Shown: positions 1 through 12,534, numbered from the whole stretch's first letter. The stretch: DNA of 63,726 bases, filler included, from Lama guanicoe (GCA_013239625.1; 197 parts of 197 records of this genome joined end to end with filler, not necessarily neighbours in it), one strand, 5' to 3'. Notes: a model not told the origin generated them from the sequence alone. Program-made: numbers and translations.

Positions 1-224
1 CAATTACTTCTTTGTCATTTCTGCTTAACATGACCAAGAGAACTCTTAATTCCTCCTCTTGCCTCAAACCCGCCCTCATTGTCTTCCCCCACTTAGCAGA
101 ATGGCGTTGTCATCTGCGTAGTAGCTGATGCCAGAAACCTAGGAAGCATCCTTGATTCCTCACTTTCTCTGGCTGCCTGCATCCGGTCACTCTACCTCCA
201 GTTCCTGTCAGTTCTGTCTCCAGA
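1..224 (+). mobile_element. LINE-2 (L2) fragment
   Basis: 'gaatggc...gccagaaacctaggaagcatccttgattcctc...cctgtcagttct' resembles the recalled L2 3' consensus. Confidence 0.75.
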
Positions 225-324
225 NNNNNNNNNNNNNNNNNNNNNNNNNNNNNNNNNNNNNNNNNNNNTTAATTAATTAANNNNNNNNNNNNNNNNNNNN
301 NNNNNNNNNNNNNNNNNNNNNNNN
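225..324. other. Synthetic contig spacer N44-TTAATTAATTAA-N44 (first of 196 copies)
   Basis: Palindromic 12-mer at 269-280 with TAA at offsets 2, 6 and 10, giving stops in all six frames. Always flanked by 44 N on each side. Confidence 0.99.
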
Positions 325-411
325 ATATTTCCCTGTGCTATACAGTACAATCTTGTTCATCTATTCTACATATATCTGTCAGTATCTACAAATTTTGAAC
401 TCCCAGTCCAT
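325..411 (-). mobile_element. L1 3' UTR fragment, cetartiodactyl type
   Basis: 'atatttccctgtgctatacagta...gtatctacaaattttgaactcccagt'. Its reverse complement is similar to 23840-23874. Confidence 0.75.
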
Positions 412-972
412 CAATAAAAGTTATTTTTAAATGACTTCATCAAGAACACAGAAAAGAAGCTTATTCTTTGTTTTAAAGCTATGGAGTTAAGTATATCTCA
501 ATTAAATTTACCTTTGTTCTTATTTATTTAGACTTTCTATATCTGTACNNNNNNNNNNNNNNNNNNNNNNNNNNNNNNNNNNNNNNNNNNNNTTAATTAA
601 TTAANNNNNNNNNNNNNNNNNNNNNNNNNNNNNNNNNNNNNNNNNNNNCTAACTCCCCTTCAAACCAGAAATGAAGTCATTCTCTACCCTTGACTTCGAA
701 AGTGTTGCCCTGAGCTCGTTTCACCTCAGTCAGGTGAAGGCGATACTCACCACGGCAGGGAGGCAAGCGGATCTCCACCTTCAGAGCTGTGTCTCTGAGG
801 ATCTGCTAGCCTGTGGGCTACTGATCTAGGCTCAGACCCACCACCCGGGGCGGAGGAAAGAGTTGGATCACTNNNNNNNNNNNNNNNNNNNNNNNNNNNN
901 NNNNNNNNNNNNNNNNTTAATTAATTAANNNNNNNNNNNNNNNNNNNNNNNNNNNNNNNNNNNNNNNNNNNN

Positions 973-1196
973 GGTATTATCAAAACAATAGAAAACGACA
1001 AGTGTTGGAGAGGATGTGAAAAAGCTGGAACCCTGTGCATTGCTGGTGGGAATGGAAAATGGGGCAGCCACTCTGGAAAACAGTCGGGCAGATCCTCAAG
1101 AAATTACGCGTAGAATTACCATAAATTCCACGTTTGGAATACACCTCAACACCCCCAAAGAAATAAAAGCAGAGACACATATTTGCACATCCATGT
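973..1196 (+). mobile_element. L1 ORF2 3' region, degraded
   Basis: 'caagtgttggagaggatgtgaaaaagctggaaccctgtgcattgctggtgggaatg' is typical of the L1 ORF2 end. Confidence 0.9.
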
Positions 1197-1296
1197 NNNN
1201 NNNNNNNNNNNNNNNNNNNNNNNNNNNNNNNNNNNNNNNNTTAATTAATTAANNNNNNNNNNNNNNNNNNNNNNNNNNNNNNNNNNNNNNNNNNNN

Positions 1297-1520
1297 ACTG
1301 ATGTAGCAAACTTCACCACCGCCTCACTTTAAGAAATCGCCAGAGTCACCCCTTTTCCAGCAACCACCACCCTCATCAGTGAATAGCCATCAACTTCAAG
1401 GCAAGACCCTCCACCAGCAAAAAGATTACGATCTGTGAAGGTGCAGATGATGGCTGGCATTTTTCAGCAATAAGGTATTTTTAATTAAGATATGTGCACT
1501 GTTATTTTAGACATAATACC
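1297..1520 (+). mobile_element. Tigger1 DNA transposon fragment
   Basis: 'cagcaaccaccaccctcatcagt...aggcaagaccctccaccagcaaaaagattacga' matches the recalled Tigger1 3' part. Confidence 0.9.
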
Positions 1521-2916
1521 NNNNNNNNNNNNNNNNNNNNNNNNNNNNNNNNNNNNNNNNNNNNTTAATTAATTAANNNNNNNNNNNNNNNNNNNNNNNN
1601 NNNNNNNNNNNNNNNNNNNNAGTGTACCCACTGCAGTGTTATTAAGCTCTGAATGTAAGTGTGGGGCCCAGTGCTGACACAGCTCATACATGTCACTGGT
1701 CTCCTGGCTCTCCTGGGCTGTGAGAGGCAGCAGCTGAGTTTTCAGTTCATTCAGAGTCTACCAGATCTGCTCCCTCAGCTTCTCTCTAGTTCTGGTCCAG
1801 GTATGTGTTTAGCCCCACAGGGAAGGGCATTGGTGTCCTCTGCANNNNNNNNNNNNNNNNNNNNNNNNNNNNNNNNNNNNNNNNNNNNTTAATTAATTAA
1901 NNNNNNNNNNNNNNNNNNNNNNNNNNNNNNNNNNNNNNNNNNNNGCACAAAATGTCCCCGTGACATTCCGTACTGCTTCAATGACATCGAAAAACCGTTT
2001 CTGCACGTTTTATGGAAATCGGTGTGTTTCATATCTTCCCATGAGGCGTGAAACTGACTTCAGTCCTTGACCGTGGAGGCCGCGCGGCACACGACGTGGG
2101 GACCGAGGAGGCCCTGGGTACTTGTTTGACGTTGTTGTTTGCAGAATCACAACATTGCACGTTTAAGGNNNNNNNNNNNNNNNNNNNNNNNNNNNNNNNN
2201 NNNNNNNNNNNNTTAATTAATTAANNNNNNNNNNNNNNNNNNNNNNNNNNNNNNNNNNNNNNNNNNNNGTTTAGGAGACAGCCATTAAGGTTTTTTGAAT
2301 GCATATCTGATTGAATGAAGTCCTTCATTAGTTTGACCTGAAGTCTCTCTATGAAAAATCCTTCTACTGTGCTACTTTTCACAGTTCCAGGAAACTTGAT
2401 AAATTCATACTCCAGAACCGTGTATACAAATGTGAATAAAGTGCACTCTTCCCTTCTCTCAAGGCCCTTAATTATTTACCTAGAAAAACAAANNNNNNNN
2501 NNNNNNNNNNNNNNNNNNNNNNNNNNNNNNNNNNNNTTAATTAATTAANNNNNNNNNNNNNNNNNNNNNNNNNNNNNNNNNNNNNNNNNNNNTAACAGCC
2601 CTGGGAGATGGCTCACCTCCCCGCAGATCAGGCCGGCCTGTCTCAGCCCACATTTCCTCTTATCAGAGTCATCAATCCCACAGCCCTTTCATGTCGGCCC
2701 CTGTATCCATCTTCCTGGAGTCGTAAATCCACGATCCTCCATATACCAAAGCCTCCTACTGCACTCACAGCCAATCAAACATCTGTCCCCCCATCCCTTT
2801 GTGTCCACAGAGCCTTNNNNNNNNNNNNNNNNNNNNNNNNNNNNNNNNNNNNNNNNNNNNTTAATTAATTAANNNNNNNNNNNNNNNNNNNNNNNNNNNN
2901 NNNNNNNNNNNNNNNN

Positions 2917-3140
2917 ATACACAGTACCACCATTTAAAAAATAATAATAAATAAGTTATAAATAAATAAATAAATAACCTACCTATTTTCTTCTCCCAAA
3001 TTTTTTTTTAAATTTTAAAAAATGGAATCACACACTATATACTATTTTTTGTTTGGCTTCTTTCACTCAATTATTTTGAGATTCATTCATATTGTGTGTA
3101 TCAATAGCTCATTCCTTTTATTGCTGATTTGTATTTTATC
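2917..3140. mobile_element. Vic-1-type SINE tail (+, about 2917-3000) followed by old L1 3' UTR (-)
   Basis: 'cagtaccaccattt(aaat)n aaccta' tail as at 59797-59838, then 'aatggaatcacaca...ggcttctttcactc...ttgagattcattcat'. Confidence 0.65.
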
Positions 3141-3624
3141 NNNNNNNNNNNNNNNNNNNNNNNNNNNNNNNNNNNNNNNNNNNNTTAATTAATTAANNNN
3201 NNNNNNNNNNNNNNNNNNNNNNNNNNNNNNNNNNNNNNNNATAGGGAAAACCTGGATTTGCTCATCAGAGTTCAGTACACTGTAGGTCGGTCCTCACACC
3301 CCTTATGGTCTTAAATAGTTAAGTGATGAAAGAAAGCTTTGAATGGTTCTAGCCTTGAGAGATGGATATTCATTTGATTTCTCCCCATTCCTCTTTCCAG
3401 TTTGTGCTCAGATTTCCCCCCATGAAGCTTAATACCCTGACTAAAATCATGCCCCTCTGTCTCCNNNNNNNNNNNNNNNNNNNNNNNNNNNNNNNNNNNN
3501 NNNNNNNNTTAATTAATTAANNNNNNNNNNNNNNNNNNNNNNNNNNNNNNNNNNNNNNNNNNNNTAGCTTGTCCTAGACCTTTGCTCTCCATGACAGTGG
3601 GAGCCTTCAAACATACCCCATGTC

Positions 3625-3788
3625 CTAATAACCAAAACGTTCCCCAACTTGGGAAAGGAGACAGTCACCCACGTGAAGGAAGTGCAGAGTTCCACACAGG
3701 ATCCACTCAAAGAGGAGCACACCAAGTCACACAGTAATCAAAGTGACAAAAATCAAGGATAAGGAGAAAATATTTAACTTAGCAGTAC
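3625..3788 (+). mobile_element. L1 ORF1 fragment
   Basis: 'ttccccaacttgggaaaggagacagtcaccca...caccaagtcacacagtaatcaaagtgacaaaaat'. Confidence 0.75.
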
Positions 3789-3888
3789 NNNNNNNNNNNN
3801 NNNNNNNNNNNNNNNNNNNNNNNNNNNNNNNNTTAATTAATTAANNNNNNNNNNNNNNNNNNNNNNNNNNNNNNNNNNNNNNNNNNNN

Positions 3889-4112
3889 ATAGCTTGGGAG
3901 AGAGCCTTTCAGATAGCTCTGAGGAACTGGTCCTAAGTGGTAAGTGAGGAGCCAGGATATATAGCAGTTTTGTTGAAAAAAAAAAATGTAGTTGAATATC
4001 AAATGATTACTACCAATCACTAACAACAGATATCTCAAGTTAATGATTTTAGTGCTTTTCTATGTATGAGAAAATGCTAGATTCTTGGCTCATTGAAATT
4101 ATTCCTTAGATA
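3889..4112. mobile_element. ERV1-type LTR fragment
   Basis: 'agcctttcagatagctctgagga...atctcaagttaatgattttagtgcttttctatgtatg' resembles a recalled laurasiatherian ERV1 LTR. Confidence 0.65.
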
Positions 4113-4212
4113 NNNNNNNNNNNNNNNNNNNNNNNNNNNNNNNNNNNNNNNNNNNNTTAATTAATTAANNNNNNNNNNNNNNNNNNNNNNNNNNNNNNNN
4201 NNNNNNNNNNNN

Positions 4213-4434
4213 CTAATTTCTGAGTTCTGAAATCCATGTTCTAAATTCTGGGATCTGTGTTCTGTATTCTATATTCTTTATTTTGTGTTCTGCATTCCAT
4301 GTTCTAAATTCTGTGTTCTGAATTCACTATTCTATATTCTATATTCTGTGTTCAACATTCTGTATTCTACCTTTTATTTTCTGTGTACCATATTCTATAT
4401 TCTGTGTTCTGCATTCCATGTTCTGAATTCTGTG
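4213..4434. repeat. Heptamer-based satellite (TTCTRNN)n
   Basis: Tandem TTCTAAA/TTCTGTG/TTCTGTA/TTCTATA units. Same family as the reverse complement of 52163-52386. Confidence 0.9.
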
Positions 4435-4571
4435 NNNNNNNNNNNNNNNNNNNNNNNNNNNNNNNNNNNNNNNNNNNNTTAATTAATTAANNNNNNNNNN
4501 NNNNNNNNNNNNNNNNNNNNNNNNNNNNNNNNNNATCTATGGCATTATAAAATGAGAGCTTACAAAATAAA

Positions 4572-4672
4572 AAAAGAGAGTGAGAGAAACAGAGAGAGAG
4601 AGAGAAAAGAAAGTAAAGAAAGAAAGAAAAGGAAAAGAAAGGAAGGAAGGAAGAAAGGAAGAAAGAAAAGGG

Positions 4673-4703
<31 letters not shown>

Positions 4704-4758
4704 GAAAGAAAAGTAAAGAAAAAAGAAAAGGAAAGAAGAAACGAAAGAAAGAAAGAAA
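4572..4758. repeat. Polypurine (GA/GAAA/GGAA)n low-complexity tract
   Basis: Almost purely A/G over about 185 bp. Confidence 0.95.
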
Positions 4759-4858
4759 NNNNNNNNNNNNNNNNNNNNNNNNNNNNNNNNNNNNNNNNNN
4801 NNTTAATTAATTAANNNNNNNNNNNNNNNNNNNNNNNNNNNNNNNNNNNNNNNNNNNN

Positions 4859-4917
4859 TGTGCTGTACACCAGAAATAGACACATTGTAATTGACTGAAG
4901 TTCAATTAAAAAAAAAA
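4859..4917 (+). mobile_element. L1 3' terminus with poly(A)
   Basis: 'tgctgtacaccagaaatagacacattgtaattgact...caattaaaaaaaaaa'. Confidence 0.75.
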
Positions 4918-5182
4918 GAGCTTCCTATTCAGACAGATTTGGCTAGAAAACTGAACCATTTAACTATTAGGAAATCATCTGTGGTCAGTATTCCACGTGT
5001 AAGGGTCAGAAAGTAAGAGGACTGGGTGACTCCAACTCTAAAACATTGTTGTGAGTGTCTAAGAGGGGAGATGATATTGTTANNNNNNNNNNNNNNNNNN
5101 NNNNNNNNNNNNNNNNNNNNNNNNNNTTAATTAATTAANNNNNNNNNNNNNNNNNNNNNNNNNNNNNNNNNNNNNNNNNNNN

Positions 5183-5406
5183 GCGGCAGCAGCGAAGAGG
5201 CCATGTTGTGTGGTGTGTGGGGCGGGGGGAGGAGGAGGAGGGAGTAAAGCCGAGAGAGGAGACGGGAGAGAGACACCACACACACGGCACAAGATGGCCG
5301 GAGAGGCAGCAGCACCCCGAGCTGTCAGGCGTTCCGCCGCGGCCGCGGGGCCCGCAGGCCGGCGGGGAGCTGCGCCCGGGCGCCCGCAGGCCCGCGGGAG
5401 GGTATC
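5183..5406. promoter_or_regulatory. CpG island / promoter-like fragment with YY1-like motif
   Basis: Very GC- and CpG-rich; CAAGATGGCCG at 5290-5300. Gene not identified. Confidence 0.65.
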
Positions 5407-7789
5407 NNNNNNNNNNNNNNNNNNNNNNNNNNNNNNNNNNNNNNNNNNNNTTAATTAATTAANNNNNNNNNNNNNNNNNNNNNNNNNNNNNNNNNNNNNN
5501 NNNNNNACAGTATAAACATGCTAAATAAAATAGCTAAAAAGTAAAAGGCATTAATATTCTAAATGAGAAAGCACATTTCCTATTACCTATGGATACTGTT
5601 ATTTGCATTCCTCAAAAAAAACCAAAATCAACTGAAAAGCAATTGGAAATAATAAACAAATTCAATAAAGTGGTCATCTATAAAAATGCAGAAAATCTGT
5701 ATAAAACCTCTTGTAGTTTAATCAACTATCNNNNNNNNNNNNNNNNNNNNNNNNNNNNNNNNNNNNNNNNNNNNTTAATTAATTAANNNNNNNNNNNNNN
5801 NNNNNNNNNNNNNNNNNNNNNNNNNNNNNNCATGAATTGTTTGATTTCTCCCACAGAGAGCCCTGATTTCAGTCAAAGCTTGGGGCAAACCTGGTTTTTC
5901 AGGGAATATGAGAAAATGTTTGGTTTTGAATGTGGGCTAGTGGGTGTGATGTCCATGACCTCTCCCTGAGAATGACAGGAACTCTGTACAAATTATGAAA
6001 TCCATGCTCAAATGTACCAAATTGCTAACAAGCCAGGAAGGAACATGAGGCCAANNNNNNNNNNNNNNNNNNNNNNNNNNNNNNNNNNNNNNNNNNNNTT
6101 AATTAATTAANNNNNNNNNNNNNNNNNNNNNNNNNNNNNNNNNNNNNNNNNNNNAACTAAAAATATGTGTGTGGGGCGTTGTTTGAATATAGGCCCCTTT
6201 AAAAAAGAAACAAAGTCAGAATGTGTAAAAATTTACACATTAACACTTTTTGTTACATTCCCAAGCGTTATTACTGTGATTCACTCAGTATGTAAGCAAA
6301 ATACTAACAACAGTAAAAATTTTGCTTTCTAAAGATAGCTCTCTTCAACCTCCAAATTATATGAGCCTAAAAAAAGATNNNNNNNNNNNNNNNNNNNNNN
6401 NNNNNNNNNNNNNNNNNNNNNNTTAATTAATTAANNNNNNNNNNNNNNNNNNNNNNNNNNNNNNNNNNNNNNNNNNNNCTTTGTCGACCAAAATGTTGTC
6501 ATCCAAGTGCCTGAAATTCTGCCGTTGGAAAGAATCTTTGGATTACGGCCCCTAGGGCTCCAAACAGATGCTTAATGTGTGTATGTGCCCCGAGGCAGGC
6601 CTTAGGTGCAGTACAGTATCGCTGTAGCTGCAGGGGGCGGGGTGGGGTGCTGAATCAAAAGAACAGGCAGTGGATCAATGCTGAGAACAGTGCACAAGAA
6701 TGNNNNNNNNNNNNNNNNNNNNNNNNNNNNNNNNNNNNNNNNNNNNTTAATTAATTAANNNNNNNNNNNNNNNNNNNNNNNNNNNNNNNNNNNNNNNNNN
6801 NNAGTCTGGACCCCACTGCTGAGCCCACCCACGGCCCAGCCCCCTCTGGCCTGCTGTCCAGCCTGCCCGGCCGTCAGGGGCGCAAGTGTGGGAGCAGCGG
6901 GCCAGCCGTCCTGTCCTCCAGCCGCGCGGCACCACCTCGTGGCCACCCTAACCATCGCAGCTCCTCACGCCCACACTGGTCCACACTCAGCTTTAAAGGC
7001 CTGTGCTGACCGTCGGAGGGAGTTCANNNNNNNNNNNNNNNNNNNNNNNNNNNNNNNNNNNNNNNNNNNNTTAATTAATTAANNNNNNNNNNNNNNNNNN
7101 NNNNNNNNNNNNNNNNNNNNNNNNNNGGTGAGGAGGAAGCTTTCCTAACTAATCTGAGAGTAGTCTTTCACACTTTTATTACATTACACACACCCTCCGA
7201 TCTAATGTCTAAGTCATCAAACTTCACAATACCCCACAGCTGTTTAAAAAGAAGCTTTACCTGGGAAAGTGTAACTTTCTACAGAAGTTTTGTAGCAAGA
7301 ATTTACCAAAACTGAGAATTTCCTTTTGATCCACCCCAATATGGAACAGCNNNNNNNNNNNNNNNNNNNNNNNNNNNNNNNNNNNNNNNNNNNNTTAATT
7401 AATTAANNNNNNNNNNNNNNNNNNNNNNNNNNNNNNNNNNNNNNNNNNNNGCAGACAGAAAATTGTGGTGCCATGGGGACACCACATGGCACTCTTGGGC
7501 CAAGAGGAAGAACCTGGACGCTGACTCGGCTATCTCCTTCTTGTCTGGTCTCAGAGAAGGTCACCCTGCAACCAGGGGTGCTCCTGGGTAGCTATGAACG
7601 TGAAGTAAGACGATGGTCATTAGCATGCGCTGTGATGTGCAGTGGCTGGCGGGTGTGCGGGCTGAGCCACGCCANNNNNNNNNNNNNNNNNNNNNNNNNN
7701 NNNNNNNNNNNNNNNNNNTTAATTAATTAANNNNNNNNNNNNNNNNNNNNNNNNNNNNNNNNNNNNNNNNNNNNGGAAGCACCAAGTAA

Positions 7790-7950
7790 TCTGAATAAGG
7801 TATAGACTTTATTTCGTAATGATGTATCAATGGTGGCTCGTTAATTGTGACAAAGGTACCATACTAATGAAGGTGCCAATCAGAGGAGAAAGTTGGTTTG
7901 GGAACCCTGTGCTATCTTTTCTGTGAGTCTAAAACAACTATAAAGTCAAC
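7790..7950 (+). mobile_element. L1MC-type 3' end
   Basis: 'aatgatgtatcaat...taattgtgacaaaggtaccatactaatg...gggaaccctgtgctatct'. Confidence 0.75.
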
Positions 7951-10042
7951 ATTTAATTTTTTAAAAGAGCTTCTTAGACATTCTAATGGGCTGCCAGTNN
8001 NNNNNNNNNNNNNNNNNNNNNNNNNNNNNNNNNNNNNNNNNNTTAATTAATTAANNNNNNNNNNNNNNNNNNNNNNNNNNNNNNNNNNNNNNNNNNNNCA
8101 GTCTGGAAAGAGGCCTTCAATGCCTAGTCAATCTGTCCTCAGAAACAAAGACAGACATGGCCTGTGTATTAAATTGATATATTAAAGCAATGCACTGCCT
8201 AGAAAAAATTACAAACAAAGGTCATTTAAGTACATACCTAGCACTAAAATATTCAATGGAAAAAATTTAAACATAAAATTTAAGTTGAAGAGAGAAGAGA
8301 ATGCCCCAAGTAGGAAAGGGACNNNNNNNNNNNNNNNNNNNNNNNNNNNNNNNNNNNNNNNNNNNNTTAATTAATTAANNNNNNNNNNNNNNNNNNNNNN
8401 NNNNNNNNNNNNNNNNNNNNNNTTGACACTGACTCCCTGGCATTTTCCTATGAGCACTCAGAAACAGAACAAGGCCTGCAAGTGACTGCAGGCCAGGTTC
8501 CTCGGTGAGGGGACTTGCTGGGCCCTCAGGTTCTGTAGCTTTGCCCGAGCTTATCTCCCAGCATGGCATTTCTCATCTGCAGAATTTCGGGCCAGGTTTC
8601 AACAGTTCAGAGCTTCATTTTATCACCTGCAAACAGAATAATTCCCNNNNNNNNNNNNNNNNNNNNNNNNNNNNNNNNNNNNNNNNNNNNTTAATTAATT
8701 AANNNNNNNNNNNNNNNNNNNNNNNNNNNNNNNNNNNNNNNNNNNNGTTGTTTGTAAAGCTTTGTTGCCTTGTCCTTTTTGATTTACTACTGCAGTGTGA
8801 AAATTCTCCCCGTGATTGCAAACTCCACAGAAATACACTAGCGACAGTTGCGTGGTGTTTCACCGTGTGGCTGTAACTAACACGTGCTAGTGGTTTCTCT
8901 ATTTTTGGTAATTTGGGTGGCTTATAATTTTTCACTGTGACTAAGACTTCCTTTGATGAACATCTTCATGNNNNNNNNNNNNNNNNNNNNNNNNNNNNNN
9001 NNNNNNNNNNNNNNTTAATTAATTAANNNNNNNNNNNNNNNNNNNNNNNNNNNNNNNNNNNNNNNNNNNNTCTTGCCTTAATTCAAGAACATGTAAGATA
9101 AATTAGGTTTGCAGAAATATTTGACATAGCCTATGGGCGTCTTTTCACAACTTTCTTGGAATCCCTGACATCAAGTGAAGAACCACCAGGCTAGCAAACC
9201 TCTTGTTTTAAGGTAATATATTGCATTGTGTTCAAAAGTCATCATTCTGGTTTATAAATCAGTCCTGTGCATTTAATTGGCACATGTTAGTTTTNNNNNN
9301 NNNNNNNNNNNNNNNNNNNNNNNNNNNNNNNNNNNNNNTTAATTAATTAANNNNNNNNNNNNNNNNNNNNNNNNNNNNNNNNNNNNNNNNNNNNGCGCCT
9401 ATGTGCTGTGCTCCGGACTGGCCCAACTATGACCAGGGAGAGCCCCGGGAAAGGCCGCATCACGCCCAGTGCGGCCACTCCCTGGTCGTCAACATCACCG
9501 GTTGCACGCAATTCGACCCGTGGAAATGGTGTGCAGAAACAAGGGGCTGCCACAGAAGGCCGCGGAGCAAGGAACAAAAGCATCAGAGGACAGGTGGAAA
9601 CGGCTGGTCTCCACTTCCNNNNNNNNNNNNNNNNNNNNNNNNNNNNNNNNNNNNNNNNNNNNTTAATTAATTAANNNNNNNNNNNNNNNNNNNNNNNNNN
9701 NNNNNNNNNNNNNNNNNNAGAATTGAGAAAGAAAATGTAGTCAAATTTTAAGAAAATATAGTAGCCTATATTTTCCAGGATGTAAAATATATTTTCTAGA
9801 TGTTCCCTAATTCATTCATTCATCTAACATTGGGGCCATGTTTTCAACCTGTCACACAACTGAAGTGTTGTTTTTTTCATTTGTTTGTTTGTTAAAAAAA
9901 AAAAAACTTCCTGACCAAAAAATTGTTTGAAAGTATGAGAAANNNNNNNNNNNNNNNNNNNNNNNNNNNNNNNNNNNNNNNNNNNNTTAATTAATTAANN
10001 NNNNNNNNNNNNNNNNNNNNNNNNNNNNNNNNNNNNNNNNNN

Positions 10043-10266
10043 CACCAGGGGGCACCGACCCTACCCGCCCGGACCGACCCGCCTGGGACCCCCCGCAAAG
10101 GGGCGCTAGGGAACGCGAGAAGCGGGGATGAAAGACCCGAATAATCGCATAATGCAGCATTTGGGTCTCAAGGCTTGCCAGGGCCGTGACCCCACCGGAG
10201 GCTAGGAAGAGGGGAGGGAGGTGGGGAGGGAGAAGTAGGGAGAGAGAGGAGGGCGGGGGCGTGGGG
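10043..10266. promoter_or_regulatory. CpG island fragment with two CTCF-like motifs
   Basis: CACCAGGGGGCAC at 10043-10055, CCGCAAAGGGGCGCTA at 10093-10108, and GC box GGGCGG near the end. Confidence 0.5.
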
Positions 10267-11840
10267 NNNNNNNNNNNNNNNNNNNNNNNNNNNNNNNNNN
10301 NNNNNNNNNNTTAATTAATTAANNNNNNNNNNNNNNNNNNNNNNNNNNNNNNNNNNNNNNNNNNNNTTTTGTTGTATCTCAAATGATTGCTCATTTCAGG
10401 AAAAACCCTGATCCTCGTGAGAGGCCTCCTAATAAAATACGATGCCAGGGATGAGGATCATGATGGGAAGGTTTATTCCATGTGTGTGATAACGACAGAG
10501 TTGTGGTGCACGAGCAGAGCATGGATAGCAAGACGACACTATGGACTGATATAAGTTAGTACATTCAGGCTTGTCATGGTTGGACTACACNNNNNNNNNN
10601 NNNNNNNNNNNNNNNNNNNNNNNNNNNNNNNNNNTTAATTAATTAANNNNNNNNNNNNNNNNNNNNNNNNNNNNNNNNNNNNNNNNNNNNTAATTACAAG
10701 AAGGAACTCAGTTTATTGAGGTTATTCCCTGGCCCTTGAGTAATTATGCTTCCATGAGACTGAGAATATTTTCCTCTACATTATCTAGAAGAAGAATTTC
10801 ATAGGCTTTGCATAAAACACACTGACAAAGTCTCTTACAAATTGCCTACAGCAGTTGCACTCATGTTTTTTGCATCTTCAGTGTTAATCCTTATGCTATT
10901 CCAAGTGAATGACTNNNNNNNNNNNNNNNNNNNNNNNNNNNNNNNNNNNNNNNNNNNNTTAATTAATTAANNNNNNNNNNNNNNNNNNNNNNNNNNNNNN
11001 NNNNNNNNNNNNNNCATAACTTATTATAATAATAATAAAATTGGACTTTGGGGAATTTTTTTTGGTAGTCAACAATACTGATCCATAGCTTGACACAGTA
11101 TTTACAGAGCAGTGACAGTTTCTCCAAATTGATTTGATATAGAATGCTTCTTTTCCTAGCATGAGGGGAGAATAGATTATTTCACAAAGATCAATGATTT
11201 TCAGATAGTCAAATAATACCCTTGCTCCTTTTAATTTTNNNNNNNNNNNNNNNNNNNNNNNNNNNNNNNNNNNNNNNNNNNNTTAATTAATTAANNNNNN
11301 NNNNNNNNNNNNNNNNNNNNNNNNNNNNNNNNNNNNNNTCTAAGTCATGGAATTAAAAATATAAGTTTGGGCAGAGAAGTTGCCAATAAGAATCATTAGC
11401 ACATTTGGTTTTCAGGTTCTTTTACCAGATATTATGTTAATAACAATTAATAATTCAGTAGCAACTGCATGTTAAAAGTATAGAAAGCTATAGCTAATAT
11501 ATTCAAGGGAGTGTCTTAGATGATAGGACATATGTCAATCCTTTATTAAATATTTTAAAGAANNNNNNNNNNNNNNNNNNNNNNNNNNNNNNNNNNNNNN
11601 NNNNNNTTAATTAATTAANNNNNNNNNNNNNNNNNNNNNNNNNNNNNNNNNNNNNNNNNNNNTGTCCCATTCCAGCTCAGCTTTGGCTGGGGAGCTAGTT
11701 TTGCTGGTAAATAAATTAGGGTAAAGCATTATGATAAATACTCTTCTTTCCTTTTGTGGTCTCTTCAATGTAAACTGAAGAGATTGAAATAGATGAGCTC
11801 TAAGTTCTCCTCTAGTTCTACTTTTAAAATTACCAGACTA

Positions 11841-11886
11841 GGGGGAGGGTACAGCTCAGTGGTAGAGTGAGCTGCTCAGCATGCAC
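11841..11886 (+). mobile_element. tRNA-Ala-derived SINE (Vic-1 type), 5' part
   Basis: 'gggggagggtacagctcagtggtagagtg...cagcatgcac', truncated by the contig end. Confidence 0.85.
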
Positions 11887-11986
11887 NNNNNNNNNNNNNN
11901 NNNNNNNNNNNNNNNNNNNNNNNNNNNNNNTTAATTAATTAANNNNNNNNNNNNNNNNNNNNNNNNNNNNNNNNNNNNNNNNNNNN

Positions 11987-12210
11987 ATCCTTTACTCTTC
12001 CAGGTTCTTCTGACTGCTCTAAGGATGAAACTAACATTAACAGGAGAAAATCAAACAAAAGCTTAGTAACATATATGCAGGGGAGACCCAGGAAAACCTA
12101 GTCACTCGCCAAAATGGCTGAAGCCCTCGCCTTAAAGACCACCTTCAGCTGAAGGAAAAATGGACTTGGGGGATAGTGGTTTGAGTCAAAGGGGAGGAAG
12201 GCAATTCTCA
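11987..12210. mobile_element. ERV1-type LTR fragment
   Basis: 'attaacaggagaaaa...gggagacccagg...caaaatggctgaagcc...cttcagct'. Confidence 0.55.
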
Positions 12211-12310
12211 NNNNNNNNNNNNNNNNNNNNNNNNNNNNNNNNNNNNNNNNNNNNTTAATTAATTAANNNNNNNNNNNNNNNNNNNNNNNNNNNNNNNNNN
12301 NNNNNNNNNN

Positions 12311-12534
12311 CCATAGGTTGTCTTTTCATTTTGTGGATGGTTTCTTTTGCTGTGCAAAAGCTTTTAAGTTTGATTAAATCCATTTGTTTGATCTAAGAAA
12401 ATACTGCTACGATTTACTGTCTCAGAATGTTTTGCCTACGTTCTCTTTTAGGACTTTCATGGTGTCATGTCAGATTTAAGTCTTCAATCCATTTTGAGTT
12501 TATTTTTGTATATGGTGTGAGGGAGTGTTCCAAC
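12311..12534 (-). mobile_element. L1 ORF2 fragment
   Basis: 'ggtttcttttgctgtgcaaaagcttttaagtttgatt...ccattttgagtttatttttgtatatggtgtgag'. Confidence 0.92.

Noticed and set aside
4285..4482. Hydrophobic membrane-peptide ORF
   Set aside because: It is the translation of the heptamer satellite.
4580..4810. Lys/Arg/Glu-rich basic protein ORF
   Set aside because: It is the translation of a (GAAA)n purine microsatellite.
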